In this document: positions 8,770 to 18,786 of the stretch, in pieces
How the letters are laid out: each line of letters opens with the position of its first letter
Numbering within the stretch: the stretch's first letter is position 1
Origin: a virus
Length of the DNA: 64,000 bases
IMG/VR virus record: IMGVR_UViG_3300009514_000374
Span: 32,001-96,000 of that record
Direction: 5' to 3' (one strand)
Notes under the pieces: generated by a model
Databases searched by the model: none
What the model was told of the DNA's origin: nothing
The model's input: the letters and a program-made list of their open reading frames with translations, nothing else
Made by a program: the position numbers and the translations under genes

Positions 8770-9551
8770 TGCCGAAGATTCTTTTCACTGGACCCTCGCG
8801 TAAGCGGAAGCGGATCAAGCGGAAGCTGATCGAGGAAATGGAGCACCCGGAACTGCGGGTCGCGTCTCGATACCTCCAAGCGCGTGGGATGTACGACGAG
8901 GCGGAGCGGGAGCTTCGCAAGAAAGACCCGGATGGCTTCTGCATGGCGTTGCCGGGGACGGTCGTGTTTCAGCACTTGAATCTGAGCCCGCGCGGCAAGG
9001 TGATGAAGTGGTTTTCGATCCACGATCCCCCAACAGCCAGCGCCAAGGTCGTTGGGCACATCGCGGGGCTCGTGCAGACGAATGCCACGTTTGTCGTCGG
9101 GGAAGCCGGCTACAAGCAGGTGTCCGTGCTCGACAAGCCCAAGTTTGTGTTCGCCGGGGCGGTCGGAAAGCTCGTCGCCGTGGACGGTGCCGGCGGGGAT
9201 GAATTCGGAACCGTGCCCTCACGGGACCAGGAATGGATCCGATACAACCCCAAAAAGCGCGACGAAGGTCTGATCGCCCGATGGTTCTGCCGCCAGAATC
9301 CTGAGACTGGCGAATGGGACATCCCCGTGATCAAGGCACGTCGCGTGGTCGCACGAGGGCACAGGATCTACGCGAGCGGCATCACGGACATGCCCCGCAA
9401 ACACTACGAGCCGCTGCTTGAGCAGTTGGGGCTTGGCGCCTACCAGGCGGCCTCGATCAAACTGGCACACGAGGACAGCGAGCACGGGCCGCACATCCTC
9501 GCCATTCACCGAGAAGCCTTGCGTGCTCTCGATGGGGAACCAAACACATGA
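8769..9551 (+). CDS. hypothetical phage protein with RVASRY tag and degenerate IKLAH tag
   Basis: TGATG coupling; central domain with a YNP motif of phage-hypothetical type. Confidence 0.7.
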   Translation: MPKILFTGPSRKRKRIKRKLIEEMEHPELRVASRYLQARGMYDEAERELRKKDPDGFCMALPGTVVFQHLNLSPRGKVMKWFSIHDPPTASAKVVGHIAGLVQTNATFVVGEAGYKQVSVLDKPKFVFAGAVGKLVAVDGAGGDEFGTVPSRDQEWIRYNPKKRDEGLIARWFCRQNPETGEWDIPVIKARRVVARGHRIYASGITDMPRKHYEPLLEQLGLGAYQAASIKLAHEDSEHGPHILAIHREALRALDGEPNT

Positions 9552-10600
9552 GTCTCCGCAACAAAGCGATTAAGCTCGCCTACGAAAACCCCGAACTACG
9601 TGATGCGATCCTGCCGATCGTCACGGCCAAGGAGCACGCGACTGAGGACGCCCGCCGCAAGTACCTCCAAGAGCACCCCAAGGCTGATCCGGCGAAGCAC
9701 ACGATCAGGACCAAAAAGCCTCGCAAGAAAAAGGGGCCGTCTGAGAAGGACAAGGAAATCCTCAAGATCTTGGACGAGCACGACAAGGAGCAAGCCTTGC
9801 TCGCAGAAAAAGCCATCGCCGAAAGGGTGAAGGCTGAGCAGGCCAAATCGGACGAACGAGCCAAGGCTCGTGCGGAACGAGCCAAGGGGAAGGCGCCTCC
9901 GCATTTGGAGGGGCTGTCAAAGCACCTCCAAGACGCCGTGGGCAAGATGCCTACCAAGGGCATGGACAAGGAAGAAGCCTACAGCCACCCGAAGATCAAG
10001 GCGATGGCAAAGGCGCTGATGAAGCTCCCACGCGGAACCGTCGCTCGTATGTACGAGCAGCTACAAACTCGGATGCTTGAGCTTGGGCAGCCTGAGAAGC
10101 GCGGAGAACCGGGACGTGATGACGCCTTGAATCAGATTCATGCCGCGTGGCGTGCAACCAACGATGCCCTGTTCACGATGGGAGACGCACACAAGGAACG
10201 CGAAAAGGGCGAGGGCATGGGCAAATACCTTCCACGCGCTGAGTTGAAAAAGCGCCGCAAGGTTGAGCTAGATCTCGACCCCTTGAAAGACCTCCAGGGG
10301 CACAAGAAATCCGATCCGGTCTACAAGGTGCTCAAGGAGTACCGGAACGACGGAAAATACGTTCGGCTCAAGACGTTGGAGAAGGCGATCACGCATCTCG
10401 ACAAGATGCTCGACAACCCGGCTCACGACGGCGACGAGGACAAGATCGAGAAGGCCAAGAAGCTGCTTGAAAGGATCAATCGCGGAGGCCCCGAGTCTCG
10501 TCCGTCGAAAAAGGGCAGCCTTCGCAGCGGTCTGATCCGTCTGGCCCACGCTCGCCCTGACCTCCGTGATCGGCTGCTGCCTCTGCTCGCAAAGGACTAG
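9548..10600 (+). CDS. basic protein carrying LIRLAH-type tags at both termini
   Basis: MSLRNKAIKLAYENPELRDAILPI at the N-terminus and SLRSGLIRLAHARPDLRDRLLPLL at the C-terminus. Confidence 0.8.
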   Translation: MSLRNKAIKLAYENPELRDAILPIVTAKEHATEDARRKYLQEHPKADPAKHTIRTKKPRKKKGPSEKDKEILKILDEHDKEQALLAEKAIAERVKAEQAKSDERAKARAERAKGKAPPHLEGLSKHLQDAVGKMPTKGMDKEEAYSHPKIKAMAKALMKLPRGTVARMYEQLQTRMLELGQPEKRGEPGRDDALNQIHAAWRATNDALFTMGDAHKEREKGEGMGKYLPRAELKKRRKVELDLDPLKDLQGHKKSDPVYKVLKEYRNDGKYVRLKTLEKAITHLDKMLDNPAHDGDEDKIEKAKKLLERINRGGPESRPSKKGSLRSGLIRLAHARPDLRDRLLPLLAKD

Positions 10601-10603
10601 TTT

Positions 10604-12988
10604 GTGCCGACGATGCGAAAGATGGCCGCCCGTGTTGCGCGGCGGCACTTTCGCCGCGTAGCGGGCATCTTTGAGGCGCCTCCAAAGCTCGTCAAGGACG
10701 TAACCGAGCAGGTCACGCAGGTCTACGCGGAGCACATTTGGGCGAAGGCTGAGTATGAGATCCAAGAGCGCAACTCGGCCTATCATTGGGGTCAAAAACA
10801 GATCCGTGCGGCGATCAAGCAAGGGGAGGCCGAGGCGAAGGTCTTTTTGCAGGAAAACGACGCACAAGTGTTTATCGACGCCGGGTGGCACGAGATCGAT
10901 GAAAACAACGGCGAGTACACCACCCTTGCAGTGACCGCTGTCCCCATCGTTGAACGCGAGCAGAGTGGTCGCACAACGATCAAATGGGCTGCGGTTTGGG
11001 TGACGGGAAGGCGGACCTTCGGAGAACCTACGCCAGAAATCCCCGAGATGCCGGAGTACCCGAAGCTGCGGGACGAAGATTACGTTTACTACCCGTACCG
11101 AAGCGAGTATTCGACCGACGAAGAGTACGAACGAGCCCTTGCTGAACACCCCGGAAAAGTAAAAAGGTACGAGGAAAAGCAGAAGGCCCAAGAAGCGTGG
11201 CATGACCTCAAGGCACAGAACGATTGGGAATTCGAGCTTACGAGCTATGGCGGCTGGCAAGAGTTTGATACGCCAACTGCGGCCATCGTCGCGGCCAGGA
11301 ACAGTCCTATCAGGGGCGACAGCGAGGATTACAACACGGGCAGTCTGACTCAATCGGATATGTCGGCGGCAAAGGTCTTTGCGGAGATGGTCAAGGTAAC
11401 GCACGCGCGAGCACAGCGATACCTCAAGCGCGCTCGTGAGGCCATGAAGGACAAGCGAGCCGATGAAGCCTGGATGCAACGGATCGTGGATCTTAACCTC
11501 ACGATCAACGAGGCGAAAAAGTACGCCTCCATGCCCGATCGTAAATCTTGGACGATCGAACGCACGATCAAAGTAGACCTGACTGGTTGGAAATACGTCG
11601 ATGAAAAGCTCGGCGAATTGGAGAGCGAGTACGTCGAGGCTGCCGCGCACAACGAACGCGAATTGGAGGCGCTTGATCGTGACGTTCGTGCTCTGCGGGA
11701 AGATCAGATAACGAGAGTCTTTGAGTTCAAAAACGGGCCTCGCCGTAAACCGTGGAGGTTCCGAGTGGAGCGTGTATCGAAGGGCTACATGGAGGCTGAC
11801 AGGCGAAGGGGAGTTTACCTGATCTCGCACAACTACCACGGCTCTTGGACTACTGATGACTCCGCGACTCTTTCGCCCGAGAGGGTGCTCCGCGACATAC
11901 ACCGTGAGGTTCCAGCGCCCCTTTTGGACGAGGCCGCCAAACTACGCGAGTACAAACGTGGCAAGGTCTTGGCGGGGCAATCGATCAAGCTACGCATAGA
12001 CTTTGAAGGGCACCGCCGAGGTTGGGGAGGGTGGTGGAGCCCGCAGTCGAGGGAGATGAAGATCTTTTTCTATGACGAGAAGATCAAGCTCGACCCGGCC
12101 TCCTTCAAAGAAGCGATCTGGGAAATTCGGCGAATTTCTCGGCACGAGTCCCAACACGCTGGACAGACCATGCTCAATCATTGGCTTGAGCTTCACGTTT
12201 CCGGCTACAAGCCGGGTCTCCCGTCGCGTTCAACGTGGACCCCAAGCGTTGATCCGTGGGGGGCGGTTCGTCGTGAACGAGGAAAGCCAATCGTAGACCC
12301 GGAGACCGTTTACGAGGAATTCGGCAAAGACGAGGATTGGGAACAGGTCCACCATCACCACCGCGAGGTTGAGTTCTACACGAACCTTGCCGATGACATT
12401 GACAGGTTTGAGGCTACGCTGCGCAAAGTACCCAAGCCCTATTGGCCTGCTTATGCCCGCGTCGTTGTTGGCCTTGCTGAACCACAGCCCTTGAAGGATG
12501 AAATCGCCGAGCGTTACGGCTCCCAAAAATATCGTTTCCTGCAAGGCCCGACCACGGCTATGCCGGAGATGAACCGTGACTCGTTGGGCTGGCGCTTTCG
12601 CAGGTTCAAGCAAAAGAACAAGCCGAAATGGCGCAAGGCGGTCAAGGAATTCTACAACGAGCTTCGCAGGCGGGGGTATCGACTCCAAGGCGGCATCGTC
12701 CCCATGTCTCTCGACTACGTGAAGATCGAGGACGCGCTCAAAGAATGGCGTGATCGGTTCTATGACAAGACCGGCGTCTGGTATACGTGGCGTGACGTGC
12801 CCGGCGTGAATCTGCCCCCGAAAAAGCGTGTCGAGCAGGGGTGGATTTACGGGATGTTCGATGTGACCAATTTCGATCCTGACGAGTTGCACAGAGGCAA
12901 ACACGTCACACCTGACTCACCGAAGCCGGGGCGACAGCGGATCCGCGTCTTGGTTGGACCTACGGGCAAGGTCCAGAAGATCCGATAG
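10604..12988 (+). CDS. large protein with zincin-like HExxH metallopeptidase motif and N-terminal RVARRH tag
   Basis: RHESQHAGQ plus a downstream HREVEF candidate third ligand. Confidence 0.65.
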   Translation: MPTMRKMAARVARRHFRRVAGIFEAPPKLVKDVTEQVTQVYAEHIWAKAEYEIQERNSAYHWGQKQIRAAIKQGEAEAKVFLQENDAQVFIDAGWHEIDENNGEYTTLAVTAVPIVEREQSGRTTIKWAAVWVTGRRTFGEPTPEIPEMPEYPKLRDEDYVYYPYRSEYSTDEEYERALAEHPGKVKRYEEKQKAQEAWHDLKAQNDWEFELTSYGGWQEFDTPTAAIVAARNSPIRGDSEDYNTGSLTQSDMSAAKVFAEMVKVTHARAQRYLKRAREAMKDKRADEAWMQRIVDLNLTINEAKKYASMPDRKSWTIERTIKVDLTGWKYVDEKLGELESEYVEAAAHNERELEALDRDVRALREDQITRVFEFKNGPRRKPWRFRVERVSKGYMEADRRRGVYLISHNYHGSWTTDDSATLSPERVLRDIHREVPAPLLDEAAKLREYKRGKVLAGQSIKLRIDFEGHRRGWGGWWSPQSREMKIFFYDEKIKLDPASFKEAIWEIRRISRHESQHAGQTMLNHWLELHVSGYKPGLPSRSTWTPSVDPWGAVRRERGKPIVDPETVYEEFGKDEDWEQVHHHHREVEFYTNLADDIDRFEATLRKVPKPYWPAYARVVVGLAEPQPLKDEIAERYGSQKYRFLQGPTTAMPEMNRDSLGWRFRRFKQKNKPKWRKAVKEFYNELRRRGYRLQGGIVPMSLDYVKIEDALKEWRDRFYDKTGVWYTWRDVPGVNLPPKKRVEQGWIYGMFDVTNFDPDELHRGKHVTPDSPKPGRQRIRVLVGPTGKVQKIR

Positions 12989-13036
12989 GTTTCGATCCGA
13001 TCTCGCGCGGCGTAATTGGTACGGAGGCCCGTACCG

Positions 13037-13345
13037 ATGTCCAGCGCATACAACGCACTTTCCGTCCTGACCAAGAGCCCCGTGACTCGCGCGTTCTTGG
13101 AGGCCAACGACCCCAAGGCGCTCGCACAGGCGGACGCTGCCTTGGCTGAGATGGACGCTGAGCGAGACGCCCTGGACGCCCACCTGGACGCCACGGACCC
13201 CGCACGAGCCGAGCACGAGGCGTACATCGCCGATCTGGAGCGGGTCGCCAACCAGGACGCCGAGGATTACATCGAGCAGCTTCACGCGGAGGCCCTGGAG
13301 GCCGACCTGTGGGGCTCGCGGGAGTGGGACAACGCCAACGGCTGA
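13037..13345 (+). CDS. acidic hypothetical protein
   Basis: GGAGG RBS, ATG 13037. Confidence 0.65.
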   Translation: MSSAYNALSVLTKSPVTRAFLEANDPKALAQADAALAEMDAERDALDAHLDATDPARAEHEAYIADLERVANQDAEDYIEQLHAEALEADLWGSREWDNANG

Positions 13346-13391
13346 GTTTCGCTTAGTGCGCGTCTAGCGTTCTAGGTCTGGAGGCAACGAA

Positions 13392-14477
13392 ATGGGACAT
13401 TTCAGCTACATCTGCAAGCACTGTGACCGTCCGATTCTCGACTCGCAGTCCACCTGGCGCGGGCTCAACGAGTGGATGGCGACGACCGTCGTTCTGATGG
13501 CATCCGGCAGCCGCGTCGTCGGCGAGTACGACGGCTACGGTCGTGTCGGCCGTATAGACGCCAACGAGCAGGCCGACGCCGACGAGGGCGTGTGGACGCA
13601 CAAGGCGTGTTGGGAGCAGGCTGGCAAGCCCGAGCACGAGGCGTACACCGGCCCGAGTGTTGGCTGCCAGCACAGCGGGTACGACGAGAAGGATCTCAGG
13701 CCCGAGCCAGGCAAGCCTTTCGACCAGGCCGCATGGGACGCGGCGTTGCAGGAGCGCGCCGACAAGATCCGAGCCGACCTTGTGCGCAAGGCGTGCGAGA
13801 TGGTGAACGACGGGCACTACAACAACGCGGACAGCGTTCGCCGAACCGAGAAGCCCTGGACCCGTCGCTTCCACGTCTACCATTTCGACGGGCAGTACCA
13901 GATCGACCCGAAGAACCCGGAGCCCGCAGGTTGGGTCTGGTATGACGAGTCGCCTGAGATGGGTGGCTACGCCGATGTTCCAGCGATGCGCGACGACCCC
14001 AAGCATGGGCCTCAGATCCAGTCAGGGGGCACCTGCGAAACCGAGGCGGAAGCCGAGGCCGCGTGCAAGGCCCGGTGGGATGCCTGGATGCAGAGCGACG
14101 AGCTTGCTCAGATGAAGCGCGAGCGTGCGGCCACCTTGCGCAAAAGGAGCCTGGAGCGCGCCAAGGAGTTGCTGATCGAGGGCGAGGATCGCTACGAGGT
14201 GACCGACTACGGCCCCGCTCCGGCACGCTTGGAGGCGCTGCTTGACGAAAAGGAGAAGCTCACCGCCGCCATCGACACCCTGAACGGCGCGCAAGTGGCT
14301 CGCCTCGGTGAGATCAACGACGAGATCGCCAACACCCCGCGTTGGGGTGTCTACGATCGCGCGGATTTCCGTGGCGAGGACGGCGACGAGGACGACCGCT
14401 ACGTCCTCACGGGCGCGACCGAAGACGATGCCAAGGCCCACGCTGCCGATCTGAACCGCATCTGGCGCGGGGCGTGA
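13392..14477 (+). CDS. hypothetical protein with N-terminal CxxC
   Basis: GGAGG RBS; MGHFSYICKHC...HKAC possible Zn site. Confidence 0.7.
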   Translation: MGHFSYICKHCDRPILDSQSTWRGLNEWMATTVVLMASGSRVVGEYDGYGRVGRIDANEQADADEGVWTHKACWEQAGKPEHEAYTGPSVGCQHSGYDEKDLRPEPGKPFDQAAWDAALQERADKIRADLVRKACEMVNDGHYNNADSVRRTEKPWTRRFHVYHFDGQYQIDPKNPEPAGWVWYDESPEMGGYADVPAMRDDPKHGPQIQSGGTCETEAEAEAACKARWDAWMQSDELAQMKRERAATLRKRSLERAKELLIEGEDRYEVTDYGPAPARLEALLDEKEKLTAAIDTLNGAQVARLGEINDEIANTPRWGVYDRADFRGEDGDEDDRYVLTGATEDDAKAHAADLNRIWRGA

Positions 14478-14530
14478 AACGGCGATGTTCCACGGGGAAC
14501 GTCTCGACTCGGCTTGAATGATCCTCACCT

Positions 14531-15208
14531 ATGTCCTTGTTCGCACGAGAGTTTTGGAGGCGCCGCCGCTGGCGGCTCACGAGCCGGTTTCCCTGGCTCG
14601 TGCGGCCGTGGTCGAGCTACAACGGTCGGTACGAGATCGAGCGGGCCGGGAGGGAGTACAGGCTGTGGGATCGCACCGAGCGGGGCCGATGCTTGTGCTC
14701 GGGCTCGTTCGATGCGTGTGCGGCTGCGGCCGAGGCCGATTCGCCGGGGCTGGTGATCTCACCGGACTACCTCGTGTACGACCGGGGGCGCTACGTGTGG
14801 GACAAGGGCAGGAGCAACGTGGCGTGGGCCATCGCGCTCGGGATGCTCAAGATGGTCCTGAGCAGGCCAGAGGTCCATCGTCTCGTGCTTCTCGTGGGTT
14901 TGCCGGGCTCGGGCAAGACGACGTGGCTCGCCGCTCAGGCGGAGTCTGGAGCCGTCTACCTGGACGCCACGAATCTCAGGCGGACCTACCGGACCAAGCT
15001 CGTGAAGCTCGCCCACAAGGCAGGCAAGCCGACCGAGGCCGTCGTGTTCTCCACGCCCTTGGCGGTGTGCGCGGAGCGCAACGCGCTCAGGCCCGTAGAC
15101 AGGCGCATCCCCGACGAGGCCATGGAGAGACTGGCTGGACAGTGGGAGCCCATCGAGGCTGATGAAGCCCTCTCAGGGGTCGTGACGGTCCCCTACGCGG
15201 AAATTTGA
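14531..15208 (+). CDS. polynucleotide-kinase-like (AAA_33-type) P-loop protein
   Basis: GLPGSGKT, DATN, CAERN...IP. Confidence 0.65.
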   Translation: MSLFAREFWRRRRWRLTSRFPWLVRPWSSYNGRYEIERAGREYRLWDRTERGRCLCSGSFDACAAAAEADSPGLVISPDYLVYDRGRYVWDKGRSNVAWAIALGMLKMVLSRPEVHRLVLLVGLPGSGKTTWLAAQAESGAVYLDATNLRRTYRTKLVKLAHKAGKPTEAVVFSTPLAVCAERNALRPVDRRIPDEAMERLAGQWEPIEADEALSGVVTVPYAEI

Positions 15209-15560
15209 CGCCCTTCCGGGCCAGGTGTAGTCCTCTTGGTCCCCGGTGGGGCGAGTATGTAGGAACGGAAAGCCGAAGCCGGTCACCACAACAAACCAAT
15301 TAGGAGATCCTTAGTAAAAGGATCCTACCTATCACTCACAATCACAATCACTCTGAAAATCACGATCCTCGACCTGATCTTCTACACCTTCATTGTCATC
15401 TATACGGTCCTACTCGTGAAACTCTTGGGAGGCCGGACTCGATCCGACTGTACCCACCCCCTACAACTTGTCGTCTAGCCCCTTGCGGGCTCCGGTTGCT
15501 GGACGGCCAACCGTGAACAACTGAAACCACGCCTGATTGCTGGAATTTCCAGGGATCTGG

Positions 15561-15572
15561 TAGGGCTCCTAT
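15561..15572 (+). promoter_or_regulatory. candidate late promoter TA-N6-CTAT
   Basis: TAGGGCTCCTAT 15 nt before ATG 15588. Confidence 0.5.
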
Positions 15573-15587
15573 CGCCTGCCTTTAGCG

Positions 15588-16793
15588 ATGGGCTCCCGAC
15601 GATCAGGGTTCGGGGCTAACCGAACCCCTGAGCAAGCCAAGACAGAATTGGCGATCCCCTGCTTCCTCTGCTTGTTGGGAGCGGCTAAGGCTGATTTTGC
15701 CCTGAGTACCATCACCGGCCCTGCACGGGTCGTCACGATTAGGAGAACTGCACTCACCACACGCGCCCTGAGTATCCGGGGACGGCAAGACCTCAATGCT
15801 TTCAAGAAGGTAACGATCAATCGGTTCCAGTGGGACGAGGCTGTACGGCCTGTTCTACAGCAGGAGCAATTCGATCTTCGCTCGCCGATCAACCGCGCCC
15901 TGATGGATCAGGGTTCGGCGAATCAGATCATCGAGTGGATCGGATTGGCCTTGGAGCAGTCGTTCATCGACGCCGGGTACGGACCCACGGCGAGCTTTCC
16001 TGATCCTACCCTGCCATTCGTTCCTACGGACCTGGCGGATTTGGATCTGTGGCTCGATGCCTCGGACTCCGCAACGCTCGTTCTCGATGGAGGGTCCGGG
16101 GTAGAGCGGTGGCTCAACAAGACAACCAACACATTCCATGCCAGCCAGCACGTTCTTGCGGAGCAGCCGACCCTGACAGCGGCGGGCCTCAACGGGCTCG
16201 ACGTGATCGATTTCGATGGGACGGCCGACCATCTCACGTTGCCGCTTCCGGCCGTCAACGACTGGACCCTGTTCGTCGTGGGTAAGTACCTGTTCTCCGG
16301 TCTTTCGGATCGGGGTTCTTGGCTCTCAGCCGCAGGCTTCGATGGCTCGTTCGGCGGTATCGACGCCCGTGTGTTTCAGAACGCGGCAATCACCACTGCG
16401 GGCTTGCTCTACTCGACCGTCGCAGGAGAGGATCGAATCGGAACGTCAGCCCTTGCTGACGATACGTGGGCAATTCTTGAGTACGACGAGAAACTGGATC
16501 ACTCCGGCACGGTTCGCGCGGGTTGGAACGTCGGTTTCGGCGGCAACGATCTGGAAACCATCTACAACGGGAGCACCTTGAACGACGGTTGGGATCCCAC
16601 GCGCCAGCTATTCGGGGAGAGTCCGCCCATCTTGGCGAGCATTGGGCGTTACCTCGGGTCGATCAACGGCGCCACAGACGGCCCCGCCTACCTTCACGGC
16701 TCCGTCGCGGAGCTACTGCTCTACACGCGGGTATTGTCTGAGGACGAGCGCGCCAGCGTGCGTGCGTACCTGCGAGGAAAGTGGGCGCTATGA
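15588..16793 (+). CDS. virion protein with LamG/concanavalin-A-like domain
   Basis: LWLDASD...W...QPT...GLNG...IDFDG and G.VAELLLY.R.LS..ER..V..YL..KW. Confidence 0.75.
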   Translation: MGSRRSGFGANRTPEQAKTELAIPCFLCLLGAAKADFALSTITGPARVVTIRRTALTTRALSIRGRQDLNAFKKVTINRFQWDEAVRPVLQQEQFDLRSPINRALMDQGSANQIIEWIGLALEQSFIDAGYGPTASFPDPTLPFVPTDLADLDLWLDASDSATLVLDGGSGVERWLNKTTNTFHASQHVLAEQPTLTAAGLNGLDVIDFDGTADHLTLPLPAVNDWTLFVVGKYLFSGLSDRGSWLSAAGFDGSFGGIDARVFQNAAITTAGLLYSTVAGEDRIGTSALADDTWAILEYDEKLDHSGTVRAGWNVGFGGNDLETIYNGSTLNDGWDPTRQLFGESPPILASIGRYLGSINGATDGPAYLHGSVAELLLYTRVLSEDERASVRAYLRGKWAL

Positions 16794-16993
16794 CCGACGA
16801 GCAAAAAGAGACTCCCCAAAAGGCCGCCGATCCCAAGGATGACCCCGATGTCGTGTGGATGTCCTGTCGCGCGTCCGAGAAATGCCCCGGCAACTACGCC
16901 AAGATCTCGCGCAAGTGGAAAGGCGACAGCGGCGGCGCTGCGGTGCGCTACACCTGCACGACCTGCAAGCGTCCCTTCCACGTTAATTTCTGA
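16790..16993 (+). CDS. small zinc-ribbon protein
   Basis: C-x5-C ... CTTC; ATGA coupling. Confidence 0.65.
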   Translation: MTDEQKETPQKAADPKDDPDVVWMSCRASEKCPGNYAKISRKWKGDSGGAAVRYTCTTCKRPFHVNF

Positions 16994-17016
16994 CCGCGCT
17001 GGCGTAACGGTCAGAC

Positions 17017-17676
17017 GTGGGAGAGACGCCTTACACGTCCGCGCTTTTGTTCCACGGACCCGGAGCACGCGAAGCTGCGGTCGCCGAGCAACACAACCTC
17101 GGCCGTCCGATCTCGGAGCCCATTGGGGACGAGGGGATCAAGATTGACGATGCGCGTCGGATAATCGACCTGATGGAGATGGCGCCGGTTGGAGATCAAC
17201 CAGGCGTCCTCGTGTTTGGTCCGATCGATCGCGCGCAGCAATCGGCATCCGATGTGTTGCTCAAGGTGGTCGAGGAATTCCATTCGGACGGGGTGCGCCC
17301 GGTTATCTGGGCAACTGACCTCGGCAGCGTCTCCAACACGATCCGTTCTCGATGCTTGCACCGCTGGTGCCCATACGCCGAGCATCCGATCGATGACTCG
17401 GCGGCCCGATCGGCGGCTTCCGTGATCATTAGCGCTGTCTTGCATGGGGATCGGGCGGGCGTGATCAGTGAAACCAAGGATTTCCTCGACGCCTTGCCCG
17501 ACGCAAAGGTTGCGATGTTCGACCTGCTTGCTGGCATCGCCAAGGTGCTTGCGGAACAACCCGACGAATTGAATGGGCCGCGCTACGAGCTTTGGATGCG
17601 AGCCCGCAAGCTGCTGAGCTACAGACACATTTCTCGCCTGGAGTTGACGGCTCGGCTCGTGGAGGCGATCGAGTGA
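17017..17676 (+). CDS. holB: DNA polymerase III delta' subunit-like clamp loader
   Basis: ALLFHGPG, IKIDDAR, LLKVVEE, IRSRC. Confidence 0.75.
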   Translation: MGETPYTSALLFHGPGAREAAVAEQHNLGRPISEPIGDEGIKIDDARRIIDLMEMAPVGDQPGVLVFGPIDRAQQSASDVLLKVVEEFHSDGVRPVIWATDLGSVSNTIRSRCLHRWCPYAEHPIDDSAARSAASVIISAVLHGDRAGVISETKDFLDALPDAKVAMFDLLAGIAKVLAEQPDELNGPRYELWMRARKLLSYRHISRLELTARLVEAIE

Positions 17677-18668
17677 GCAAATGGCGAAACCCGCCTCCGG
17701 TGACGATCATCGCGGGCACGCAGGATTATCTGCGCAGGAAAGAGCTAGCGGCGGCAAAGGCGGCTGCGGATCAAAGCGGCAGGCGCGTTGAAACGATCGA
17801 CGGAGCGGATCGGGAAGGGCTGCTCAACACCCTGTCGGCCGGTGGCGTGCTGTTTCAGGACAAAGTGCTGCTCGTGATCCGAAACCCTGACAAGCTCGAC
17901 CCCAAGCACATCGTCCCGCACGGGAACGGGACCGACAACGATGTGGCCCTGCTCCTGTACTACGAGGGAGAGATCAAGAAGCGGGGTGCCGTGGCGCGCA
18001 TCTCCGAGCGCATCCCCGACAAATTCTCGATTGATTTCAAAGGGCCAAAGGCGTGGGAGGCCGACGAGTACGCTCAGAAATTCGTCGCCAAAGAAGCCAA
18101 GCGGCTCAAGCTCACGATGCCCGAGACGTTGGCCGCCAATCTCGTGACCATCTGCGGCACGGACCTCGGAGTTTTGGCCTTTGAGATGCAGAAGGTTGCT
18201 GCGCTCGTGCGCTACGAAGGGGAAACGGAGGTCAAAGCCGCGCATCTCCGGCAAACGGTTGCGTCGATCTCGGAGGCCGGCACGATGCCTGTGGTCGAGT
18301 ACCTGGCGCGGCGAAACGCGCCGCGACTCATGCGCGCCCTCGCTTCGATGCGCCGGACCCACGCGAGTGATCCGACGATGAAGGGAATTGCGTTCGTCGG
18401 AAGAAATGTTCTCCAGTGGCTCCAAGCCGCGTCCCTAATTTCTCAGGGAAATTCGGAAGGCGAAATTTCGGCCGGTTTGGGAATTCACCCGTACATCTAC
18501 AAAACTAAAATTGCCCCAACGGCGAAAAAGTGGGGCGAGAAAAATTTGGCGGCCCTACTTTCTTCGCTCGCAGACATTGAAAGAGGGGTTCGGTCTGGTC
18601 ACGTAAATCCTTGGGTGGAATTTGAGTGCGCCCTTTTGAGGGCGTGCAAGCGAGACGGCCGTGGGTAG
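17673..18668 (+). CDS. holA: DNA polymerase III delta subunit
   Basis: G...YL, LF, GTDL..L..E.QK, LGIHPY, D..VRSG. Confidence 0.75.
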   Translation: MSKWRNPPPVTIIAGTQDYLRRKELAAAKAAADQSGRRVETIDGADREGLLNTLSAGGVLFQDKVLLVIRNPDKLDPKHIVPHGNGTDNDVALLLYYEGEIKKRGAVARISERIPDKFSIDFKGPKAWEADEYAQKFVAKEAKRLKLTMPETLAANLVTICGTDLGVLAFEMQKVAALVRYEGETEVKAAHLRQTVASISEAGTMPVVEYLARRNAPRLMRALASMRRTHASDPTMKGIAFVGRNVLQWLQAASLISQGNSEGEISAGLGIHPYIYKTKIAPTAKKWGEKNLAALLSSLADIERGVRSGHVNPWVEFECALLRACKRDGRG

Positions 18669-18685
18669 AGTCCACTCCCCGTCGA

Positions 18686-18697
18686 TAGGCGGCCTAT
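18686..18697 (+). promoter_or_regulatory. TA-N6-CTAT motif (near-palindromic) upstream of the RNR gene
   Basis: ATAGGCGGCCTAT. Confidence 0.4.
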
Positions 18698-18786
18698 ACC
18701 CACGCCTACCATGGCGGCCATCGAGCATCGCTCGACTGCTTCCCCGTCACAACCTGCAACCGTGAAAGACTCGGCCGAGGCTTCCG

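Noticed and set aside
10268-11902. 544-aa minus-strand ORF
   Set aside because: Antisense shadow of well-supported + genes; expected with high GC3 and has no motifs
18669-18786. Cobalamin riboswitch or NrdR box upstream of nrdJ
   Set aside because: No recognisable B12 box or NrdR consensus
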